Below, piece after piece: positions 35,701 to 47,700 of a stretch of DNA of 64,000 bases. Source of the DNA: Negaprion brevirostris. Lineage: Eukaryota. Both the position numbers and the translations under genes were made by a program. The stretch is from contig JARDVH010000121.1 in the NCBI GenBank assembly GCA_030324005.1, positions 42,011,715 to 42,075,714 on the forward strand, given 5' to 3'. How positions within the stretch are numbered: the first letter of the stretch is position 1; the number at the start of each line of letters is the position of its first letter. Below the pieces are notes generated by a model. The model searched no databases, had not been told where the DNA came from, and saw nothing but the letters and a program-made list of their open reading frames with translations.

Positions 35701-38700
35701 AATTAATGTACATACTAATGATTATTAGTATGAGCTCCTTAAGCAGGACTACGTTACCTTGTCCTGAGCAGGTTTGATGACACTCTCATTGATTGTGTGA
35801 CCTAACTCTGTAGCCTATTTAAAAGCAAGGAAAGAATTTATCAGTAACAAAAGGTGTACATTTTATATATGTCAAACATGCAGCAAGCAAACAGCTGAAG
35901 AATACAATTGCCTCAACTTCAGCATAAATCACAGTACATGCAGACAGGACACAACAACAATGTCAATACAACAAGCTCTCATGACATAGCAAGCAAGGCT
36001 TCAGTGAGACATCTATTTCATCACATTGTGAATTTTTCTTCATACATGAAACACAAGCAGGACATACTGCTGTTTGTAGTTCAGTCAGGCATACAATCTA
36101 ATTCATTTCAGTTGAGTCTAAATTCTAAAGGTCTCTTCTCTTCCTAGTGGCTGTGTGAAAGGTCTATGTTGCATTGTCAAAGCTTTTTAAAATTCTAAAA
36201 GGTTCAGAGGACATTTCATTCAAAGTTTCATTTTCAGTGCAACAATGTCTTAAATATAATAAGGTAAGTTCAATTTCGAAGGGAGTGCAAAATGGGCAGA
36301 TCAAATATACGTTACAGGCATACATGTCAGGTGGAATGAATGGAGTGATGGCCAATTCACACCTGCTGGTTTTCCATTTCCATCAAAGTAGAATTTTACC
36401 CCAGGGCTCAAAGTAAAATTTTACTGGATAACTTCCAAACTCATTTAATAAAAATTGTTGACCAGTTAGCTAAACTTCCACTGTTGAAGGGAGTTTCTGT
36501 ACTGGTTTGCAATCACATTTGTAAGCCATTAACTTTTGCAATTACTCAGCCTCTATGACCTTTGAAGCTTTCTATCTAAGTCAGTAATAAAGCTGTAATA
36601 AAGCTCTAAAAAGGTCTTCCACAAAGGCAGGGAAGATTGTGCATGTCTGGAAAAGAATGTTTGTATGTTTTTGTTACAGAAATATTTTAGTTTTAGCAAG
36701 GATCTATTGGTGAGCAATTATAATTCTAAACAGCTGAGAACCATCTCAATAATTCTCACTTTAAACAGAAAGTGTTCTACCAATCATAAATGCTATGCAG
36801 AGATTCTGCTGGTAGTATACCGGTATGGTCATGGTGCGAAAAAGATCAGATGATTGAAGAGATCAAATAGCCTGCCAAAACTCAAGTTCCAGACCAGCAC
36901 AAAGCGTGGTTAATAGTACTGTTAGCCAAATCTCCTCCCAAACATCTACAACTGTCTTCAGGACAGAAAAGATGATAAACAAAACAATATGCTAAGTTGG
37001 TTCAATACCTTTTCTATATTTTCATGTACAGTATATTGGGTGTCACCTACTACCTAATGTCATGAATCTGGACTACAATATAGGAAATTGCTGGAAGAAT
37101 GTGAGGAGTAGTAATGGGGACCTTTACACTGTAACAGATGTTAACACTAGCAGTCCTTTTGCCAGACTGCAAAAGGAAAGCGATGGACCACTGCTAAGAA
37201 ATAATAAAAGGCTGCTACCATATGCTCCAAAACACCTGATAAACACATATTTTTCAGGAACTGATTTTGAACCGTAATTTGCACAAATTATGGTTCAAAG
37301 TCAGTTCCTGAAAAATTAGTAGCTACATGAGGTTTATGAAATCAAAGTGATGTTGACCAAAGTAAAAAGAGGGTACTGATGCCACACAATTAACGAACAC
37401 CTTTGCTGGTAAACAATCTGACATGCACAGAAAACAGGCACTTTACCGGCTCTGGCTGCTGCTTGTAGCCCCAAACCTTTATCCAACAAGAAAGCAACAA
37501 GGATAGAACAAGCACCATTTAGGAATGCACAAGTACCCTCCCCGCTTCCAAAAACATGAAAGTGCTCAATGCCGTAATGCTGATCACATTTGAGATGCTG
37601 TCAAACTTGAAACAGAAAATCTAGATGCCATTGTTTTTTTGTCTGCTAGATCCTGTTAACTTTGGTACTAAACCAATTTGGCTACACCTGGCAACATCTG
37701 ACAAAGAATATGCAACAAAATGCAATAAATGAACAGTACCTTTTGTGTTGCCTGACTTCCAAGTTTTGCTGCCTGTTTGAGCAAAATAATGACAAGTTTC
37801 ACCCAAATATTTTCACGCTTCTCAAAAGTAAATTAAAGAACAAGGAAAGAACAAAGGACAAAGAAAATTATAGGAACAGGCTCTTAGACCCTCCAAGCCT
37901 CTTCCAACCATGCTGCCCAACTGAACTAAAACCCCTCTACCCTTCCGGGGATCATATCCCTTGATTCTCAGTCTATTCGTGTATTTGTCCAGATACCCCT
38001 TAAAAGTCACTATCGTATCTGCTTCCACTACCTCCCCCTGCAGCAAGTTCCAGGCACCCACCATCCTCTGTGTAAAAAACTTGCCTCCTACATCTCCCTT
38101 AAGTCTTGCCCCTCGCACTTTAAACCTGTGCCCCCTAGTAATTGATTCTCCCACCCTGGGAAAAAGCTTTTCTCTGTCAGTGCCCCTCATAGAGAAGAGG
38201 CTGAAGAACCAGCCTTGTTTCAACATCCAATCACCAGCTCAAGAAAACACTGAGGCGAGATGAACCACAACTGTGCGGAGTCCGCGCGTTCTCACTACTT
38301 TTGTTCTAACTGGAATGACGAGGGTGAGGGACGACCTGATAGAAGTCTACAAGATTATGAAGGGCATGGACAGAGTGGATAGTCAGGTGCTTTCCCCATT
38401 CCGTCAGGNNNNNNNNNNNNNNNNNNNNNNNNNNNNNNNNNNNNNNNNNNNNNNNNNNNNNNNNNNNNNNNNNNNNNNNNNNNNNNNNNNNNNNNNNNNN
38501 NNNNNNNNNNNNNNNNNNNNNNNNNNNNNNNNNNNNNNNNNNNNNNNNNNNNNNNNNNNNNNNNNNNNNNNNNNNNNNNNNNNNNNNNNNNNNNNNNNNN
38601 NNNNNNNNNNNNNNNNNNNNNNNNNNNNNNNNNNNNNNNNNNNNNNNNNNNNNNNNNNNNNNNNNNNNNNNNNNNNNNNNNNNNNNNNNNNNNNNNNNNN

Positions 38701-41700
38701 NNNNNNNNNNNNNNNNNNNNNNNNNNNNNNNNNNNNNNNNNNNNNNNNNNNNNNNNNNNNNNNNNNNNNNNNNNNNNNNNNNNNNNNNNNNNNNNNNNNN
38801 NNNNNNNNNNNNNNNNNNNNNNNNNNNNNNNNNNNNNNNNNNNNNNNNNNNNNNNNNNNNNNNNNNNNNNNNNNNNNNNNNNNNNNNNNNNNNNNNNNNN
38901 NNNNNNNNNNNNNNNNNNNNNNNNNNNNNNNNNNNNNNCCTTCTCCATCAGTCTGCCATGAGGGACCTTGTCAAAGGCCTTACTGAAGTTCATGTAGACA
39001 ACATCCACTGCCTTACCCTCAATCAACATCTTCATCATTTCCTTGAAAAACTCGATCAAGTTAGTGAGACAGGACCTTGCCTTCACAAAACTATGTTGCC
39101 TCTAGCTAATATGTGCACTTATTTCCAAGTGGGAGTAAATCCTGTCTTGAAGAATCTTCTCCAATAACGTCCCTACCACTGACACAAGGCTCACTGGTCT
39201 TTAATTACCTGGATTATTCTTGCCAGCCTTCTTAAACAAAGGAACATTGGCTATTTTCCAATCCTCTGGGACCTCCCCTGTAGCCAGTGAGGATACAAAG
39301 ATTTCTCTCAGGGCCCCAGTAATTTCCTCCCTTGCCTCTCAGTATTTTGGGATATATTCCATCAGGCCCTGAGGACCTGTCTACCTTAATGTTTCTCAAG
39401 AACCCCAATACCACCTCCTCTTTGATCTCAACACGACTCAAACTATCTACACACCTTTTCTCAGACTCATCATCCACCAAGTCCTTCTCTTTGGTGAATA
39501 CTGATGCAAAGTATTCATTAATATCTTGCCCATTTTCTCTGGCTTCATGCATAGATTCCCTCCCCTGTCCTTGAGTAGGCTAACCCTCTCCCTGGCTACC
39601 TTCTTGCTCTTTATATATGTATAAAATGCCTTGGTATTTTCCTTAATCCTGCTAGCCAATGATTTTCTGTGACCCCTTTCAGCCGTCCTTACTCCTTGTT
39701 TAAGTTTCTTTCTACTTTCCTTGTATTCCACACTCGCTTTGTGTGTTCCCAGCCTCCTAGCCTTGACAAATGCTTCCTTTTCCTTCTCTGCCTAGGCTCA
39801 CAATACCTCTAATTATCCAAGGTTCCTAAAACTGGCTATACTTATCCTTTATCCTTATAGGAACATACCGGTCCTGAATCCCTATCAACCTACATGCGAA
39901 AGCCTCCCACACGCCAGATGATGATTTGCCCTCAAACATCTGCCCCCAATCTACATTTTTCAGTTCCTGCCTAATATTGTAATTACTCTTACCCCAGTTT
40001 AGCACCTTAACTTGAGGACTACACTTTTCTTTATCCATCAGTACCTTAATGCTTACTGAATTGTGGTCACTGTTCCCGAACTGCTCCCCTACCGAAACGT
40101 CAACCACCTAGCTGTGCTCATTCCCCAATATCAGGTCCAGCATGGCCCCTTCCCTAGTTGGACTATCTACACGCATTTCAAGAAACCCTCCTGGATACTC
40201 CTTACAAACTCTGTCCCATTCATGCGCCTAACACCAAGTGAGTCCCACTCAGTGTAGGGGAAGTTAAAATCTACCCACCACAACAATGCTGTTACTTTTA
40301 CACCTATTCATTTTAATATTACATTTACTTCTTAAAACAAGACATCAAAAAAAAAGACAATCAAAAAAAATTTAATTGAACATAAAATGTTTTAAGTAAA
40401 TGCTCAGGCCTGTGAATCTCTCGAAGATCAATGACTAAATTAGCAGAATAGGAAAGGTTTAATAAACGTGAATATTTGCAGAAAATGCTGTATTGCTCAA
40501 AATAACCAATTGGAAATGGTTCTGTGACTTAAAATCAGAAATTGGAATAGGCTACTTACACCTTCTTTTGCTGCTGAAGCAAACTTCGTGGCTCCAACAG
40601 TAAAACTGCTCCAACCCTGTAAAACAGTAAATATATCCAAAAGAATTTTATGTCCCTTGTTCTTGGTCATTTACAGTAAAAATGCCAGTTTTTGGTTTCT
40701 GTAATGTCGGTTTTAATTCCAAGTGTAATAAAAATTGCCAGTCATATGAAACTTTCAACAATCAGGATATTCAGGATAGTGATAGCACAGTAGTCATGAT
40801 GTGGGTATGCCGGTGTTGGACTGGGATAAACACAGTAAGAAGTCTGACAACACCAGGTTTTAGTCCAACCGATTTATTTGATAATAAATAAATCGGTTGG
40901 ACNNNNNNNNNNNNNNNNNNNNNNNNNNNNNNNNNNNNNNNNNNNNNNNNNNNNNNNNNNNNNNNNNNNNNNNNNNNNNNNNNNNNNNNNNNNNNNNNNN
41001 NNATAAATAAATCGGTTGGACTAAAACCTGGTGTTGTCAGACTTTTTACTGTATAGCACAGTGGTTAGCACAGCTGCTTCACAGCGCCAGGGACCCGGCT
41101 TTGATTCCAGGCTTGGGTCACTTTGGAGTTCTCCCCGTGTCTATGTGGGTTTCCTTCTACCTCCTGAAAGCCATGCTGGTTAGGTGCATTGACCTGAACA
41201 GGCGCCAGAATGTGGTGACTAAGGAAATTTCACAGTAACTTCATTGCAGTGTTAACGTAAGCCTTACTTGTGACTAATAAATAAATAAACTTTAACTTTA
41301 TATTCAATCATGCTGACTATAACTCTCCTTCTTGCCCCTAAACCCCAAGCAAGCAGTACATGGGTCAATTAATTAAGCAGCGCTTGCAAGTATTCGGAAG
41401 AGAAGATTCACAACAGTTCAAAGATTTTGGTACTGGGCTAACATTAAATATTTAAATATTATATGCACTTACATGACAAAAAATTCATGTTAGTGTTTCG
41501 AGTTTTATATTCTTCAAAATAGAGTAGCCAAAAATTGAAACTTTACATTATTGAAAACTTGACAGTTATCTTGGGATCCTTATTTTATATTGCATACATA
41601 TAAATAGATCCCTTCACTCTAAGTTTGACTCAGACAAGGACTTTCACAAATCAGAAAGTTCTGGGTTTCAAGCTTGTTTGAAACTGAGCACAAAATCTAG

Positions 41701-44700
41701 GCTGACATTTCCTTGCTATACTGAAGGAGCACTGAACTGATCATTCATCACCTTGCTTCCTGTGTACACAAACTGGCTAGCATTTTTGCCTATAAAACGA
41801 TGACTATAGTTCTAAAAAATGACTGCAAGACATATATAAGGATATCCTGAGTAGGTGAAATCCACTTTTGCAAGTTTCATTGATAATAAAAACAATCCTA
41901 TATTTTATAAAGCAGAAATGTATTATTATGCTATCAGAAAACTGTCTCTTGAGGCTAGAACATTTGTAAGCGAGCACNNNNNNNNNNNNNNNNNNNNNNN
42001 NNNNNNNNNNNNNNNNNNNNNNNNNNNNNNNNNNNNNNNNNNNNNNNNNNNNNNNNNNNNNNNNNNNNNNNNNNNNNNNNNNNNNNNNNNNNNNNNNNNN
42101 NNNNNNNNNNNNNNNNNNNNNNNNNNNNNNNNNNNNNNNNNNNNNNNNNNNNNNNNNNNNNNNNNNNNNNNNNNNNNNNNNNNNNNNNNNNNNNNNNNNN
42201 NNNNNNNNNNNNNNNNNNNNNNNNNNNNNCTACTACACAAAGATTTCAAGTTCTATAGCAGGTTGATAAAGCCAATTTAAAATCAATTTTCTTTAATAAA
42301 GTGACATCTCATGTGTGCTATGAGTACAGAGTTAAACTTTAGATAACAGGTGCAAGGTTACTCTCAAATCTTGATCACATTACAAGATAAAATTTACATG
42401 AAAACAGTGGCACTTAGTGGTCATGCATAATTAAAATTAGGTATTAACCAGCAGCCAAAAAAAAAATCCCCTCACTGTCGTTCTAAAGCAAAACCGTAAC
42501 TGCAACAAAACCAAGATATTTTCATACCGAATAAAGTGAAGTCATGGCATTGTTGAGAAAATCATNNNNNNNNNNGTGTTTCCAAATCCAACGTAACGAT
42601 TATCCTGAATGCCATATCCTCCACCACTTTAAATAATGAAAGGAAATTAATTACCACACCTTCAACTGAAAAGATCAAAAGGAGGAATAACAAATCACAT
42701 CATAGATACAGGGATATAACGTTTAGTTTTACCTTTGATAGGAGTTATCATCATTCAGCCAGTCCTCAAACATTTTATCAGAGGATGATGCAGAGGTTTG
42801 GTTAGGTCCAGAGCTGCTAATGAAAATACAGAATAAATGAATAAAATAAATGTAATCTGAGTCTTTACACATAGATGCAACCAGGTGGCACATTAAGATT
42901 TCTCATTTGCTTCTTTAGCTTGAGTCTCAAGAACAGGTTCCTTTACAAGGTACTTGTTGAACAGACAAGTAATGAGGCTGCATTGTATTTTGTAACATGG
43001 TCGTGTTAGCATTGATAGTCTGCTTATGTTTTAACCTATTTATGCAGAGTTGAGAATATTGGCCATACTCCTTGGTTCGCATTTCAAATAATATGCCAAC
43101 AATTCAGAGCTAAGCAATCTTAAAATATATATAATTTATAACAAAAGGGGTAAAGGCTGACCAACTTTTTAAATAGAATTTGAGCCAAGAGGAAGGAGGG
43201 TCAAACAGCTGCCAAATCAAAGAAGCTTCTGACAACAATTAGGCTTTAACTGATCAAGCAACTTATTTAGATCACGTTCCTACAGTAAATACCTGAGCAG
43301 CAGCAGTACAGAGACAGGCCAGATTAACAGCTAAACTTTGCAAACATCTCCAGACAACTCTCAGTAGCACCAGAGATCTGTCAGTTCAAATAGAATTTTT
43401 AGCCAAGAGGGCCACATGCAATCAATACCCATATGCAACCAGTTATTACAAATAACTGCTCACACTTGAGTATTCCTATTACAGTAGAGATACACAAGCT
43501 CTGTGATACTGGAAATTTTGCAAATTTAAAATTAAATCAGTACAAAACTCTCATGCAGAATGTCAAAATGGAATTGTGCTGATAAATTTGAATATCTATC
43601 AAGACTATTTGTCTTTCAATCATTACAAATTACCTATTCTCAGCTGTGCAAGAAGATGATAGTATCATCAGTTCTTTTTCCTTCTTCTATGCCACTAGTT
43701 TTATGGAATTTTGCTATATCCCAAATACCTCCTTTATATTGTTTGATACAGTAGTAAATTATAAAGCTTATTTTCTGCATGGGGAAGATCTCATCATTCA
43801 ATGTTGAAAAAAAAAAGCACCCTTTCCAATCAATTCATCTCATCAGTTTCAGAATGCATCCAACAACCCTGAACCAGTTCGTCATCATATTAATCAAAAA
43901 GATGAGTACAGATAAGAGGCCATAATTGCAAACAAATCCATGGCTCCCCTATCCCAATGGCCTCTTTAAAAAATGCCTTTTGCTATTACACTTGGAAATC
44001 CATTAATTAATTACTCTACATGAAGAAGTGCGTCCAAACATCAATCCTAACACGTTTTGTTAGTTTTTCCCTATATTCTTCCTCATCCTGCAATCATGAT
44101 TTAACCTGAAATACTTTCTTATACTTCAAATTATATATAGTTTGAAAATATTTCTCTCTTCAATTAATTCCACCCACTCTTTTGCTACTGAATCCACACT
44201 ATCTACTTTAACTTCCTTTGAATTGCATACAATCAATGCTTGTACCAGTTGAGTGTAATCAGTAGTTTGAAATATTTTCCCTAAAACTCAATTTTTTTGT
44301 TTCATTCAAGTCTGACGTATAGTTCCTGCCTCTTGATGATGCAATCCCAGTCTTTCACCAAGCAATATCTTACTCTAGCTATCTCCTCTGACCTCATATA
44401 CCACTCCCTAGATTTCCTTCCTTACTAAAACTGCCTGCTCTGTTGTACCAACTAATTTTCTCAACAGCTTTACGTCATCAATATCTAATTTCCAAGAGAG
44501 GCAAGTGTGAATGTTTTTGTCACACAACTTGTTTAGCTATTGATTAATCAGTATTTTTATAAAGATTGAGCATCCTCACTTTTGTACTCTCTTCCTCTAT
44601 TATTAAAGCTAATAATCCCATATCCCTTTTCAACAACTTGTCACCTTGCTTTCTTCAAAGATTTGTGCATGCACACCCCAGGTCCCTTTATTCCTTCACT

Positions 44701-47700
44701 ACATTTAAAGTTGTACCATATAGTTGATATTGTATCTCCTTATTATTCAAACCGAGATGCATTACTTCACATTCGTGTGTTAAATTTAATCTTCCGCGTG
44801 AAAGCACATTTCATTTGTCTATCCATGTTCTCTTGAAGTCTATTATTTTCCTCCTCATTATACACTATTTTTAGGAGGTATGTTCTAGCTACAAACTTTG
44901 AAATTATCCAAGTCAAGGTCATTAATATCTCTCTAAAATATACATATGCATAAGATGGTACATTTTTGGTAAGAATAATAAGAAAATTACATAATTGTTA
45001 GAAAAGTATCATGATAAGAGACTATCACAAAGATAGTTTCCCTAACTTTAAAGTTGCAAATGCAAAATTTGCACTATTAGTGCAAAGCTCTCATTCACAG
45101 TCAAAATGTTTGACAGAATACTGTATCATTGGTAAAGTGTATTTTCTGCATGAGAAAGGTCTCATTATTCAATGCTGGAAAAAAGAATACCAGTTCCAAT
45201 CATTTGATTTAATGAGTTTCCAAACACATCTTAATCACAAAGGTGAATACAGGTAAGAGACCATAATTCCAAACAAATCTCTGCACCTCCATCACAAATT
45301 CCAATTGCCTATTTAAAAATTTCAGACTTTTTGCTTCTGCTATCACACATGGAAAATCATTTATTTATCATTCTGCCTGAAAAAATACCACAATGGGGCA
45401 CAGGAGCAGACATCCAGGGGTATAAATGCACAAACCAATAGTAATACAGGTAAATAAGTGTATTAAAGTAACAAACCACTGGTTAATTCCTGAAGGAAAC
45501 CAGGAAATTATGGAAATACTAAGCAGGTCAGAGTTAACATTTCAGGCCAAGGGACTTTCTTCAGAGCTTATACTTTTCCAAATGCCAATTAACATTGTTC
45601 TGATTGTCTCTAAACATGTCATCATCACTGACAAGGTTGATCGGTATTATGCTGATTGATCCCCCTTTCTGTTTATTCTAAACAGGCATGTAACATTCAC
45701 CACCTTCCAGTTCTATTCCCATATACAAGGGGGACTGGAAGATAATGGTTAGTGTGACATTAGTGTACCTTTTAGAATTTTTTTTTTTTTAAATCATATT
45801 CTCTGCAGCTCTCCCAGCCTCAGCTGATCATTATTGCGGAGTTGGCAATAATGCTCCTCTAGTGGTTTAAACGGGGCTCATTTATTGATACTTTGGGATC
45901 TTTTATGACCCTGCATTGTTAGGAGGAAAACTGGTGGCGAGTCAAGTGTTTTGGACCATTTTTTCTTCGAGTGAATTTAAGGTTTCATTTGCTGTTCTGG
46001 CTGGCAGCAGTTTAGTTTTAGAAGGGACATCAAGCTGAAAAGAAGAGTGTCTCTCTCTCTATGGTTTTGAAAATTCTGCTGGTTAGCTGAAAGCAAGGCT
46101 GCTTGCCTCCCTGGAGTAGAGAATCTGCTGTTGGTGGCTCAACCAGAGTCTCTCTCTGGTATTCTGGGAAGCTGTTCTGACTCCAAGCCTGTTTGTGTGT
46201 GCAGCATTCATCCAAAGGACTCAGTCCTAGTATTACATGAGCATTAGCCTTTGTCATGTTAAGCCTGTGGAAAGGGTGTTTTCGTCTGATTGGAACAGAT
46301 ATATTAAGGCTTACACTATATAACCATAATTGTTTTTTTCTTCTTGTTTATAATTGGTAAAAGTTGTTAATTTTCTTCTATACACGTTAAATGTACTCTT
46401 AAATAAACTTTATTTGATAAAAGCTTCCTAGTTGGTCAGTTGAATCATACCTGAGGTGAAACATATCATGCTTATCTGAGCCAAATTCAAAACGCAAAAC
46501 TTTATGATTCAGGCCACTTCATAAAACAGTTTCTGACCCAAATTATAACATCAGAATCTTTGCAATTTCTTCCTTCAATTTCTCGAATAACACAGGATGC
46601 ATCTGGACTAGAGAATAGCCAACCATTTAAGCACTTTTATCTATTTTTACTCTAATAGTACCACTGTCTCCTTCATTTGTAACTTTTTTTCTCCAGTGAA
46701 GACACATGTAAAGTGTTCATTTAGCATCTCAGTTATGCATTCTGTCTCCTCAAGATTAAAGCAATTGTGGACTCTAACTTGACCCACCCTTCCTTTGATT
46801 GGCTTTATAGTATTTGTGTTAAAGAAACAATTACATGGTAGCAATATCACTGAACTAATAATGTAGAGATCCAGGCCGATACTTTGAGGAATATGGGCTC
46901 AAATATCATCATAACAGCTGGTAGAATTTAAATTTAATTCACAAAAAAATCTGGAATTGAAAGCTAATCTCAGTAACCATCACCACGAAACTACCAACTA
47001 TCATACAAACTCATTGGGCTCACTGATGTACATTAGGGAAGGAAATCCAAAATCTGGCCTACATTTAATTCTATGTCCAAAGCAATGTGGTTAACTCTCT
47101 GAATGGCCAGGGCCATTCGGTTCCTGACTTCTTGATCCAAACATGGACAAAAGAGCTGAACTTAAGAGGTGAATTGACATCAAGGCAGTATNNNNNNNNN
47201 NNNNNNNNNNNNNNNNNNNNNNNNNNNNNNNNNNNNNNNNNNNNNNNNNNNNNNNNNNNNNNNNNNNNNNNNNNNNNNNNNNNNNNNNNNNACACTATAG
47301 TTAAGAAAGCCCACCAATGCCTCTATTTTCTCAGAAGACTAAGGAAATTTGGCATGTCAGCTACAACTGTCACCAACGTTTACAGATGCACCATAGAAAG
47401 CATTCTTTCTGATTGTATCATAACTTGGTATGGCTCCTACTGTGCCCAAGACCACAAGGAGCTACAAAAGTTTGCAAATGTAGCCCACTCCATCATGCAA
47501 ATCAGTCTCCCACTCATTGACTCTGTCTACACTTCCTGCTGCCTCAGCAAAGTAGCCAGCATAATTAAGGACTCCACGCACTCTGGACATTCTCTCTTCC
47601 ATCTTCTTCTTTCAGGAAAAAGAAGAAAGTCTGAAGTCACATACCAAGTGACTCAATGGACTTACCTTGCATTAAGTTGGCCCTTGTCTACTCCCTAGCT

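Noticed and set aside
9619-46550. A single giant LTR element capturing ARFGAP1 exons
   Set aside because: Each LTR has its own distinct TSD, the two are clearly diverged, and there is no internal gag-pol.
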